Virus record (IMG/VR): IMGVR_UViG_3300033755_000085
Location: 1-26,361 of that record
Reading direction: 5' to 3' (one strand)
Origin: a virus
Lineage: Duplodnaviria > Caudoviricetes
DNA length: 26,361 nucleotides
Within the stretch, counting starts at the first letter, position 1. Every line of letters starts with the position of its first letter. A program made the position numbers and the translations under genes. The notes beneath the pieces were generated by a model. It was given only the letters and a program-made list of their open reading frames with translations, did not search any database and was not told the origin of the DNA. Shown here piece by piece: positions 8,208-16,580 of this stretch.

Positions 8208-8648
8208 TTGTCCTACGCCGCGGAAGCCGATCTCGACGCGAAGTGGGGCCCGGAGCTGGTCACGCTGGCGGCGTGGGACCCCGTCGCCAATGCGCGCAGC
8301 GAGACCCGCGTCGCGGCGGCGCTGGCGGCGGCAAGCGCGATCATCGACGGCTATCTCGCGCGCCGCTATGCGCTGCCGCTCAACCCGAGCGCTGATGGCG
8401 CGTTGCTGTTGACCAACCTCAATTGCGACCTGGCGATGGGCCAGCTCTCCAACACGCCGGGCTCGCGCAACGAGATCGTCGCCGAGGCGGAGAAGCGCGC
8501 GCTCGCCTTCCTGCGCGACGTCGCCGACGCCAAGGCGGCGATCCCGCTCGTTCCGCCGCCGTCGCGCGAGCCCCCCGTCGCGCCCAACGAGCCGGTGATG
8601 CTGGCCGACCGGCCCGAGTTCGCACGCGACCGGATGAGGGCGCTGTGA
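8208..8648 (+). CDS. Head-tail adaptor, Mu gp36-like (DUF1320)
   Basis: SYA..ADL, ASAIIDGYLARRYALPL, ALAFLRDVA; TTG 8208 is 8 nt after SD GGAG (8196-8199). Confidence 0.9.
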   Translation: MSYAAEADLDAKWGPELVTLAAWDPVANARSETRVAAALAAASAIIDGYLARRYALPLNPSADGALLLTNLNCDLAMGQLSNTPGSRNEIVAEAEKRALAFLRDVADAKAAIPLVPPPSREPPVAPNEPVMLADRPEFARDRMRAL

Positions 8649-9127
8649 GCGGCGTCGGCGTCGCTATCGACGTCGTCGGCCTGGACGCCACGCTCGGGCG
8701 ACTGCAAGCGCTCGGCCGGATCGAATTCGACGAGCTGCTCGACGGCCTGGCGCGGATGGGCCAACAGCAGACGCAGCGGCGCATCGAAGACGAGAAGACG
8801 TCGCCCGACGGCGCCAAGTGGCCGCTGACCAAAGACGGCCGCCCGGCGCTGTTCGTCAGCGGAACCCACCTCTATCGCTCGATCGACCACGACGCGAGCG
8901 CGACGCAGGCGCGCTGGGGCACCGGCTGGATCGGCGCGAAGGTGCATCAGTTCGGCGCCGTGATCGTGCCGAAGAACGCCAGGGCGCTGCATTTCAAGCT
9001 CGGCGGCAAGGACGTCTTCGCCAGGAAGGTCACGATCCCGGCGCGGCCCTATCTCGGGATTAGCGCCGACAACGCGGCCGATCTCGAAGCGGCGGCGGCG
9101 AAGTTCATCGAGAGGTACGTCCAATGA
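8645..9127 (+). CDS. Virion morphogenesis protein (Mu gpG / P2 gpS family)
   Basis: SPDGAKW.., L..SG.L..SI, AKVHQFG, IPARPYLGIS; GTGA overlap with the previous stop. Confidence 0.88.
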   Translation: MSGVGVAIDVVGLDATLGRLQALGRIEFDELLDGLARMGQQQTQRRIEDEKTSPDGAKWPLTKDGRPALFVSGTHLYRSIDHDASATQARWGTGWIGAKVHQFGAVIVPKNARALHFKLGGKDVFARKVTIPARPYLGISADNAADLEAAAAKFIERYVQ

Positions 9128-9717
9128 ACGACCTGCTCGCCCTGCGCGAGGCGGTCGTCGCCTCCTTCCGCGCCAAGCTCGGCGCCGCCGTCAACGTCGA
9201 CAGCCACGGCGGCACGTTCGATCTCGACGAGGTCAAGCGCTTCGCGACGCTCGCGCCGGCGGTGCGGGTGGCGATCGTCGGCGCGGGGCGCGCGTCGCGC
9301 TACGCCGACGGCCGCTGGTGCGTGCCGGCGCGCTTTTCCGCCGTCGTCTTCACCCGCGACACCGCGGAGGCGGCGAAGGTCAAGCGCGACGCGGCGGCGC
9401 TGCTGCTCGCCTCCGCCGTCGAGCTCGCGCTCGCCTCCAACCGCTTCGGCCTCGAAGGCGTGTTCCAGCCGGAGGAGGTCGACGGGCGCAGCGAATATTC
9501 GGGCAAGCTCGACACGCTCGGCGTCGCGCTGTGGCAGGTGACGTGGACCTCGCGCGTGCTGATCGGCGCGCCGGCCGACCCGCCCGACGTCGCGATCGCC
9601 GCGCTGACCGAGGCGATGGTCGAAGGCGTCGTCACCTGGAACGCTCCGGCCGCCGGCGCGGCGGCGGCGAGCGGCCTCACCGGCGCCGACCCCCTCGATA
9701 CGGGGGACAATTCATGA
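9124..9717 (+). CDS. Putative tail terminator/completion protein (Mu gp37-like)
   Basis: Position; H.G.FDLDE, APAVRVA, GVALWQVTW; ATGA coupling. Confidence 0.7.
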   Translation: MNDLLALREAVVASFRAKLGAAVNVDSHGGTFDLDEVKRFATLAPAVRVAIVGAGRASRYADGRWCVPARFSAVVFTRDTAEAAKVKRDAAALLLASAVELALASNRFGLEGVFQPEEVDGRSEYSGKLDTLGVALWQVTWTSRVLIGAPADPPDVAIAALTEAMVEGVVTWNAPAAGAAAASGLTGADPLDTGDNS

Positions 9718-10289
9718 GCCTCGTCGATCGCGTCGAAGCGCTCGAATATCACATCGCCGATCTGAAGCGGCGGCAGTCGAACTTCATCCGGCCGGGCGTG
9801 GTCGTCTCCTACGATCCCACCGCCAACGCGATCGTCGCCGACGTCGGCGCGCCCGACGCGCCGTGTCCGACGCATCCGGTGCCCCTCTTCACCCACGCCG
9901 GCTCGGGCAAGAGCTGGCGGCCGATGAAGGCCGGCCAGCAGGTCACGCTGCTCTGCCCCGACGGCGACCTCGCCAACGCATTGGCGCTGCCGGGCGGCTT
10001 CCACGACAAGAACCCGGCGCCGAGCCGAAGTGCGGCGGAAGACATCGAGGCGCAGCGCGGGACCGCGCGGCTGCGCACCACCGACACGGCGGCGTTCCTC
10101 GAGTGCGGCGCGTCGAGCGTCAAGGTCGAGGACGGCGTGCTCACGCTGACCTCGGCGATCATCATTCTCGACGGCAAGTACTACCTCGGCGGCGCCGACG
10201 CGGCCAATCCGGTGGCGATGCAGGGGACGGTCGACACGGCCGGCAACGCCGACATCGCCAACCTCGCCACCACGGGCTTCACCAAGTGA
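9714..10289 (+). CDS. gpV: Baseplate spike protein gpV-like
   Basis: N-terminal coiled coil, NFIRPGVVVSYD, AG...WRP..GQQVTLLCPDGD (OB-fold motif); ATGA coupling. Confidence 0.85.
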   Translation: MSLVDRVEALEYHIADLKRRQSNFIRPGVVVSYDPTANAIVADVGAPDAPCPTHPVPLFTHAGSGKSWRPMKAGQQVTLLCPDGDLANALALPGGFHDKNPAPSRSAAEDIEAQRGTARLRTTDTAAFLECGASSVKVEDGVLTLTSAIIILDGKYYLGGADAANPVAMQGTVDTAGNADIANLATTGFTK

Positions 10290-10302
10290 AAGGGCTTTTG
10301 AA

Positions 10303-10644
10303 ATGGCTGTGATCAAGCGGGCGGGCCCCCGCCGCGGACTGTCGGTCGGTAACGGCAAGGTCGACATGACCAAGGTCAGCTACACCGTGGTCAAGGACAT
10401 CAAGAACGCGATGAAGATCGCCGGCAAGCGCCGCCAGAAGGGCGACGTCTTCATGGCGATCCCGCGCCACGTGCATTTCCTGGTGCTCGAGGGCGTGATC
10501 GCGCCGACGCCGCCGGCGCCGAGTTCGTCGAGCTCCGCCACGTCGTCGGCTTCGGCGACCTCGTCGGCTTCGTCTTCCTCTTCGACGTCGTCGGCCTCGT
10601 CCGCTTCGTCGAGCTCGGCGGCGTCGTCGAAGGCGTCGAGCTGA
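10303..10644 (+). CDS. Hypothetical protein: basic N-terminal domain plus ~40-aa Ser/Ala tail
   Basis: Fills the V-W gap; phage-like codon use; ends 1 nt before the gpW ATG. Confidence 0.75.
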   Translation: MAVIKRAGPRRGLSVGNGKVDMTKVSYTVVKDIKNAMKIAGKRRQKGDVFMAIPRHVHFLVLEGVIAPTPPAPSSSSSATSSASATSSASSSSSTSSASSASSSSAASSKASS

Positions 10645-10645
10645 C

Positions 10646-11023
10646 ATGCGCACCGGCGTCGATCGCAACACGGGGGCGGTGTTGACCGGCTGGGACCATT
10701 GCGTCCAGTCGATCCTCGACATCGTCTCGACGGCGATCGGCGCCCGCGTCATCGCGCGGCCCTACGGCTCGAACGCGCCAAACCTCACCGACCGGCCGCA
10801 GAGTCCGCCCTCGATCGTCGCCCACTGGTCGGCGATCGCCGAGGCGCTGCGGCTGTGGGAGGCGGGCTTCCGGCTCAAGCAGGTCTCGGTGACGCAGCTC
10901 GGCCCCGACGGCGTCGCCGGCTTCGCGCTCGGCGGCGACTACTACCCCGACGGCCATCTCGGCGACTATTCGGTGGTCGTCCCGATGCAGACCGTCGTCG
11001 TCCCCCTGCCGGCGATCTTCTGA
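10646..11023 (+). CDS. gpW: Baseplate protein gpW / gp25-like
   Basis: GVDRNTG..L.GWDH..QSI.DI.ST.IGARV..RPYGS, AL.LWE. Confidence 0.92.
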   Translation: MRTGVDRNTGAVLTGWDHCVQSILDIVSTAIGARVIARPYGSNAPNLTDRPQSPPSIVAHWSAIAEALRLWEAGFRLKQVSVTQLGPDGVAGFALGGDYYPDGHLGDYSVVVPMQTVVVPLPAIF

Positions 11024-11913
11024 TGGGCGCCTTCGCGCAGATCGATCTCTCCGCACTGCCGCAGCCGGCGGCCGTCCAGACGTGGACGTTCGCAGGGATC
11101 GTCCAGGCGCGGCTCGCCGACTTCACCCAGCGCATGGCGGGGGCGGGGATCGCCTACGACGTCGGCGCGCTCGAAAGCGACCCGGCGGTCAAGCTGCAGG
11201 AGACGGGCGCCTATCGCGAGGGCCTGGTCTATCAGCGGATCAACGAGGCGGTGCTGGCGACGACGCTGGCGTGGTCGGCCGGCGCCGATCTCGACAACGT
11301 CGTGGCGGCGTTCGGCACGCTGCGCGCGCCCGGCGAGCTCGATCCCAGCCTGCGCCGGCGCGGCCAGCTGGCGTGGGAAGCGTTGAGCCAGGGCGGCAGC
11401 TACGGCGGCTATCGCTACAAGGCGCTGTCGGCCGCGCCGGTCGACCTCGCCGACGTCGCGGTCTACGGCGCCGAAGTCGCCGGCGTCGCGCCCGGCCAGG
11501 TGATGATCGTCTGCCTCGGCGCGGCGGCCAACGGCGTCCCGGCGCCCGCTTCGCTCGCCGCCGTGCGCGCCGCCTTTCCCCGCGCCAGCCGCAAGGTCAA
11601 CGACCAGATCGTGGTGCAGCCGATCCAGCCGGCGCTCTATTCGGTCGACGCGACGCTGACTCTGTCGCCCGGCGCCGACCCGAACGCCGTCGTCGCGGCG
11701 CAGACCGCGGCGCTGACGACCTTCGCGGCGGCGCGGCGCAAGATCGGCGCGTCGGTCTCGCCGGGCGACGTCGCGACGATCCTCGGCTACAGCGCGCCGG
11801 GCCTGGTCTACGGCGTGACGGTGCGCTCGCCCGCCGCGACGGTCGGCGGCAATCCGTTCGCCGCGCCGATCCTCTCCGGCGCGCGGGTCGTCTGGGCGGC
11901 GAGGTCGTCATGA
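11023..11913 (+). CDS. gpJ: Baseplate protein gpJ-like
   Basis: IDLSALPQP, LESDP.VKL, AYRE....QRINEA, GADLD, E.D..LRRR, G.YGGY.Y.A; TGATG coupling. Confidence 0.93.
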   Translation: MGAFAQIDLSALPQPAAVQTWTFAGIVQARLADFTQRMAGAGIAYDVGALESDPAVKLQETGAYREGLVYQRINEAVLATTLAWSAGADLDNVVAAFGTLRAPGELDPSLRRRGQLAWEALSQGGSYGGYRYKALSAAPVDLADVAVYGAEVAGVAPGQVMIVCLGAAANGVPAPASLAAVRAAFPRASRKVNDQIVVQPIQPALYSVDATLTLSPGADPNAVVAAQTAALTTFAAARRKIGASVSPGDVATILGYSAPGLVYGVTVRSPAATVGGNPFAAPILSGARVVWAARSS

Positions 11914-12533
11914 GCGCGACCGACCTGCTGCCGCCGAACGCGACGCCGTTCGAAAGCGCCCAGAGCGCCGAGGACAACCGCATCCTCGCGGCGAACGCGA
12001 ACGCCGTTCGCGCCGAGCGCCAGCCCTCGACCTGCGACGAAGCGTTCCTCGCGCCGCTCGCCTGGGAGCGCAGCATTCATTTCTGGAGCCCCGGCGACGA
12101 CGCCGGCAATCGCACCCGCATCGCGTCGAGCTTCGCCGACCACGGGTCCTACGGTTCGCCGGCGGCGCTCGAAGACGAGATCGCGCTCGACACCGGCCTG
12201 CCCATCACCGTGCGCGAGTTCTGGGAGATCGCCGGCCTGGTCTGGCCCGACTTCGCCGTCGACGTCGCCATCGAGCCCGGCGATCCGCCGCCCGACCTCG
12301 CCGCGATCACGGCTTCGGCGCTCAAGCGCAAGAACGTGCGCGACGTGCTGGCGGCGGTGCGCTTCGCCGCCGCGCAGCCGCCGGCGGCGTTGAGCTGGGG
12401 CGCGGCGAGCTGCGTCGCGCCGCGGATGACGATCCTGCCGCTCGGCGGCGCGCCGTCCGCGCCGGCGTTCTGCTGGGGCGCGACGACGCGCGCGCTGCCC
12501 TCCGTCACCATCCTGCCTCTGGGGGCCTCATGA
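11910..12533 (+). CDS. gpI: Baseplate/tail protein gpI-like
   Basis: LLPPNATPFE, P.TC...FL..LAWERSI..W, G...AL, VREFWE; ATGA coupling. Confidence 0.88.
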   Translation: MSATDLLPPNATPFESAQSAEDNRILAANANAVRAERQPSTCDEAFLAPLAWERSIHFWSPGDDAGNRTRIASSFADHGSYGSPAALEDEIALDTGLPITVREFWEIAGLVWPDFAVDVAIEPGDPPPDLAAITASALKRKNVRDVLAAVRFAAAQPPAALSWGAASCVAPRMTILPLGGAPSAPAFCWGATTRALPSVTILPLGAS

Positions 12534-13765
12534 CCACGCAAACCTACGCGACCCAGCCGACCGCCTATTACCTCGCGGCGCAGGCGGCCTTCGCCGCCGG
12601 CGGCCCGGCGCTCAACATCGCCGGCGGCACATTGGTGGTCGGCGACGGCAACGGCCAAGTGCCGGCGCTGTCGGCGCTGATCGCGGCCAACGGCGTGACC
12701 CACGAAGTGTGGCGCGGCCGGACGGTCCAGTCGGTGGCCATGGACCCCAACAACGCCAATCAGCTCGACATCCAGTGCGAGGTGCCGGCGGCGATCGGCG
12801 GCGCCGAGATCGGGCCGTTCACCGTCACCGAATTCGCCATCCTCGACGCGCTCGGCAATTGCTGCGTTGTCGGCACCACCAACCTGGAGAAGACGGTCTC
12901 GTCGCAGGGGCAGACCTCCGACCTGACATGGATCGCCGCGGTCGCCTGCGCCGTCGGCGCGGTGACGCTGACGCCGCCGACCGGCGGCTTCGCGACGATG
13001 GCGCAGGTCGTCGCCGGCTATAACTCCAACCTGCCCGGCGCGGCGGCGCCGATCGTCAAGACCGACACGCCGCAGGCGAACGGCTGGCTCTATCGCGTGT
13101 TCGGCATCGCGCCCGCTTCGCAGCCGGCCGACCCGGTGACGGCGGCGACCAGCGCGGCGGCGATGGGGTCGGGGCGGCCGGCGTCGGCGGCGGAATGGGC
13201 GAACGGCGCGCCGACCGCGGGCGGCTTCGCCTGGCCGTGGCCGACGTTGCAGCAGGTGACCGGCGCGCTGGCCGCGATCGTCAATTCGATCACGACGCTC
13301 GGCGAGTCGCTCGCCGGCTATCTCAAGCTGTCGGGCGGGACGATGACGGGCCCGCTGGCGCTCGCCGGCGATCCGACCGTGGGGGTGCAGGCGGCGACCA
13401 AGAATTACGTCGACGAGAAGGTCGCCGGCATTTCGATCCCCAGCCTCGCCGGCCTGCTGCCCGAGGCGGGCGGGACGATGACGGGCCCGCTGGTGCTCGA
13501 CGCCGATCCGACGGCGCCGCTGCAGGCGGCGACCAAGGAATACGTCGACGCCAAGGGGGTGGTCCCGGTATTCCCGAACGTGGGGTCGCTGTACGTGGGC
13601 AACAGCCAGAGCGGCCTCCCGAATGGCGTCCCGCCCGGCGCGCCGGCCGGCAGCACATGGGTCAGCCTCGGCCAGGTCGGCGTCCTCACCGGCTCGACGG
13701 GCGGCAGCGGCAACTCGAACTTCTATCCGTCCACCTACGCCGTTCTCTACCAGCGGACGGCCTGA
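12530..13765 (+). CDS. Tail fibre protein (P2 gpH-like N-terminal anchor)
   Basis: VGDGNG, EVWR, GPFTVTEFAILD..G anchor motif; two GGTMTGPL.L..DPT...QAATK.YVD fibre repeats. Confidence 0.85.
   Translation: MTTQTYATQPTAYYLAAQAAFAAGGPALNIAGGTLVVGDGNGQVPALSALIAANGVTHEVWRGRTVQSVAMDPNNANQLDIQCEVPAAIGGAEIGPFTVTEFAILDALGNCCVVGTTNLEKTVSSQGQTSDLTWIAAVACAVGAVTLTPPTGGFATMAQVVAGYNSNLPGAAAPIVKTDTPQANGWLYRVFGIAPASQPADPVTAATSAAAMGSGRPASAAEWANGAPTAGGFAWPWPTLQQVTGALAAIVNSITTLGESLAGYLKLSGGTMTGPLALAGDPTVGVQAATKNYVDEKVAGISIPSLAGLLPEAGGTMTGPLVLDADPTAPLQAATKEYVDAKGVVPVFPNVGSLYVGNSQSGLPNGVPPGAPAGSTWVSLGQVGVLTGSTGGSGNSNFYPSTYAVLYQRTA
13333..13550 (+). repeat. Internal direct repeat in the tail fibre gene (~80 bp, offset 135 bp)
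   Basis: GGGCGGGACGATGACGGGCCCGCTGG... starts at 13333 and at 13468. Confidence 0.85.
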
Positions 13766-13767
13766 CC

Positions 13768-14145
13768 GTGACCAACGTCCTCGCCCTGCCGCAGATCTCC
13801 GGCTCGCTGACGATCGCCACCAACGCCGACCTGCGCGCGGCGCTCCAGTTCACCCAGGCCGGGTCGAGCACGCCGCTCGATCTGACCGGCATTTCATTCC
13901 ACATGCAGGTGCGACTCGGCTCCGACTTGACGCGGATCGCGCTCGACCTGTCGACCGCCAACGGCCTGCTGATCAACGGCGGCCCGAACGGTCTGCTGAG
14001 TTGGCTCGTGCCGGCGCCGCAGCTCGCGCAGATCGCGCCGGGCGCCTATGTCGCCGACCTGATCGCCGAGGGCGACGGGGCGATCGTCAACCTCTGCCAG
14101 AACGGGCCGCTGACGGTGACCGTGGTCGAGGGCGTCACATGCTGA
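13768..14145 (+). CDS. Putative Ig-like fibre adaptor protein (125 aa)
   Basis: PLDLTG..FHMQVR, G.YVADL, final beta strand VTVVEGVT; GTG 2 nt after the fibre stop. Confidence 0.65.
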   Translation: MTNVLALPQISGSLTIATNADLRAALQFTQAGSSTPLDLTGISFHMQVRLGSDLTRIALDLSTANGLLINGGPNGLLSWLVPAPQLAQIAPGAYVADLIAEGDGAIVNLCQNGPLTVTVVEGVTC

Positions 14146-14672
14146 CGATCTCGGCCGCGCCGCCGCCTCTCAGCCTCGCCGCCGCCGCGGCGAGCCTGGC
14201 GATCGCCGCGGCCGCGCCGTCGCCGTTCCAGGCCGGCGGCGCGGGTCAGGTCGCCAGCGTCGCCGCTTCGCCGGCGGCCGCGAGCGTCGCGGCGCAAACG
14301 GGCGGCGCGTCGGTTTCGCCGCCGAGCGCCGCCGCGCTGGCGCTGACGTTGCAGGCGATCAGCCTCGCGCCGACGAACGGCGCGGTCGCGATCGACCTCT
14401 CGAAGGGCAACACCTTCGTCGTGGCGATGAACGCCAACGCCGCGATCGCGTTCGTCAACTGGCCGCTCGCGGGGCGCTCGCAGCGCGCCGCGGTCTATTT
14501 CGTCCAGGACGCGATCGGCGACCGCGTCGCGGAATGGCCCGCGGTCAAGTGGCCGGACGGGCAGGCGCCGGCGCTGTCCACGGCGCCGGGCGCGATCGAT
14601 TGCGTGGTGTTCGACAGTTTCGACGGCGGCGCGACCGTGTTCGCCAACCTGGTCGGCGAAGGCTACGCCTGA
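14139..14672 (+). CDS. Hypothetical virion protein: Ala-rich linker plus fibre-type beta domain
   Basis: IDLSKGNTF, VQDA.G.R...WP.VKWP.G.AP.LST.PGAID, FDGGAT motif typical of phage fibre modules. Confidence 0.65.
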   Translation: MLTISAAPPPLSLAAAAASLAIAAAAPSPFQAGGAGQVASVAASPAAASVAAQTGGASVSPPSAAALALTLQAISLAPTNGAVAIDLSKGNTFVVAMNANAAIAFVNWPLAGRSQRAAVYFVQDAIGDRVAEWPAVKWPDGQAPALSTAPGAIDCVVFDSFDGGATVFANLVGEGYA

Positions 14673-14684
14673 AAGGGGCTTTGA

Positions 14685-15086
14685 ATGAGCATTCAATTCT
14701 CGGCCGCGGTGCGCAATGCTCGGCTCAATGCGATCTTCGCCACCATCGGCGCGGCGGCGAAGCTCTTGCTCTATACCGGCTCGCCGCCGTCGAGCTGCTC
14801 GGCGAGCGAGTCGGGCACGCTGCTGGCGACGTTGACCCTGCCGAGCACGGAAGAGAACGCCGCTTCCGGCGGCTCGGAGACCCAGGCGAACGGGCCGTGG
14901 ACGGGCGTGGCGAGCGCGGCGGGGACCGCCGGGCATTTCCGCGTCATGGACCCGACCGGCGCGACCTGCCACGTGCAAGGCACCGTCGGCCAGGGCTCGG
15001 GCGATCTCAGCTTCGACAATCCGACCTTCACTGTCGGGCAGAACGTCCAGATCACCAGCTTCACCCTCACTGACGGGAACGCCTGA
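14685..15086 (+). CDS. Conserved phage virion beta-sandwich protein (133 aa)
   Basis: S.AVRNARLNAI, LYTG..P, GTLLATLTLP, AGTAGHFR, QGTVG..SGDL, GQ.VQITSFTLT. Confidence 0.75.
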   Translation: MSIQFSAAVRNARLNAIFATIGAAAKLLLYTGSPPSSCSASESGTLLATLTLPSTEENAASGGSETQANGPWTGVASAAGTAGHFRVMDPTGATCHVQGTVGQGSGDLSFDNPTFTVGQNVQITSFTLTDGNA

Positions 15087-16003
15087 TGAAACGGTTCCTC
15101 GACCGCGTCAGCATGACGGTCTCCAGCGCGCCGGGGACCGGCCCCTATCCGCTCGGCGCCGCCGTCACTGGCTACCAGAGCTTCGCCACGGCCGGGATGC
15201 AGAACGGCGACATGATATCCGCCTATGTCGTCGACGGCGCGAACTGGCAGTGCGGCGAGGCGACCTATTCGACCAGCGGCCCGACGCTGACCTTCACCAC
15301 GATCACCGACTCGTCGAACGGCGGCGCGGCGATCAACGCGAGCTCGGGCGCCATCGTCACCGCCTGCGTGCTCGGCGGGGATCTGGCGGGGCTCTTGATG
15401 GCGCGCGCCGCCGTTTCCGACGCGAACGCTTCGGTCGCCGCCAACGTCGGCGTCGTCGCCTACACCGCGATCACCGCGGCGCGGACGGTGACGCTGCTCG
15501 CCGCCGCCTCGTTCAATCCGGGGCAGCGGCTGCTGGTGGTCGACGAGTCGGGGGCGTGCTCGGCGACGAACACGATCACGCTGTCGCGGGCGGGCGCCGA
15601 CACGATCGACGGCGCGACGAGCGTGGCGATAGCCAGCGCCTACGGCTATGTCGAGCTGGAGAGCAATGGATCGAACGCCTGGGCGATCGTCGGACGGGGC
15701 GCCGCCGCGGCAAGCGTCTACCCGACGACGCAAAATGTCGTCACCGGGTCGCGGGCAAAGAGCACCATCTACCAGAACACGACCGGCGTCCCGATGTACG
15801 TCGCAATTACGACGAGTGCGAGCGCCGCACAAACAGCGAGTGTCTACTGTGATAGCAGCAGCACACCAACAACTGTCGTCGCCCAAGTCGGCGGCGCGTC
15901 CGGGGAGATTACAGTGGCGACCTTTATCGTGCTGCCAGGATATTATTATGAAGTGGGAGCAGGTGGTTCCATTTCGATCATCGCATGGGTGGAGTGGCAC
16001 TGA
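15086..16003 (+). CDS. Modular fibre / receptor-binding-like protein (305 aa)
   Basis: N-terminal DRV....GTG...LGAAV.GYQSF domain; middle ARTVTL....VVDESG...GADTIDG...ESNG..W domain; tip domain YQNTTG.PMYV...IV.PG.YY. Confidence 0.75.
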   Translation: MKRFLDRVSMTVSSAPGTGPYPLGAAVTGYQSFATAGMQNGDMISAYVVDGANWQCGEATYSTSGPTLTFTTITDSSNGGAAINASSGAIVTACVLGGDLAGLLMARAAVSDANASVAANVGVVAYTAITAARTVTLLAAASFNPGQRLLVVDESGACSATNTITLSRAGADTIDGATSVAIASAYGYVELESNGSNAWAIVGRGAAAASVYPTTQNVVTGSRAKSTIYQNTTGVPMYVAITTSASAAQTASVYCDSSSTPTTVVAQVGGASGEITVATFIVLPGYYYEVGAGGSISIIAWVEWH

Positions 16004-16004
16004 C

Positions 16005-16577
16005 ATGACCATGCGCTATTTTCAAAACGCGGCAGACAGCTCGGTTCACGGCTATGACGACGTGGCGCAGGCGGCGGCCGTCGCTGAGTGCATCGCCGTC
16101 GGCTGGGCGGACATCACCGGAAGCTGGCCGCGCGCGCCGACGCTCGCCGACCTCGCCGCCGCCACGGTCGCCGCCGCCAGCGCAGCGTGCGCAAACCTGG
16201 TTGCGCAGATCTATCCCGACCCGACGCACCAGGCGGCGTTCGCCAACGCGGCGTCGATCGTCAACGGCGCCGGCGGCGCGGCGCCGACAAGCGCGCCGAT
16301 GGCGGCGAAGTTCGCCGCGCTCGCCGCCGTCTACGGATTTTTGCCGGCCGCTTTCGCGACGCTGGTCGTCGCGATGCAAGGGGCGAGCTTCGATCTCTCC
16401 GCCGCGCTGGCGACGCTCAACGGCGCAGCGTCCGCGGCGGCGACGCCGGCCGCGCTGGCGGCGGCGCTCGCCGCCTTCGAGACGGCGCTGGCGGCGGTGG
16501 TCGCCGAGATCGCCGCCGCCGGCCTTCCCGCCGTCGCGGCGCCGGCGGCGATCAGCATCGTCGGGGTCAACGCCTAA
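16005..16577 (+). CDS. Putative fibre assembly/chaperone-like protein (190 aa)
   Basis: M.YF.......VHGYD N-terminus followed by helical Ala-rich part; directly downstream of the fibre-like gene; start 16005 or 16011. Confidence 0.6.
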   Translation: MTMRYFQNAADSSVHGYDDVAQAAAVAECIAVGWADITGSWPRAPTLADLAAATVAAASAACANLVAQIYPDPTHQAAFANAASIVNGAGGAAPTSAPMAAKFAALAAVYGFLPAAFATLVVAMQGASFDLSAALATLNGAASAAATPAALAAALAAFETALAAVVAEIAAAGLPAVAAPAAISIVGVNA

Positions 16578-16580
16578 CTC

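Noticed and set aside
8149-8412. 87-aa ORF with a good SD overlapping gp36
   Set aside because: No recognisable protein features and mostly a shadow of gp36; kept only as a possible regulatory start in the findings
13333-13550. Fibre repeat pair as a DGR template/variable repeat
   Set aside because: Both copies are in-frame coding, mismatches are not adenine-specific, and no reverse transcriptase is in the window
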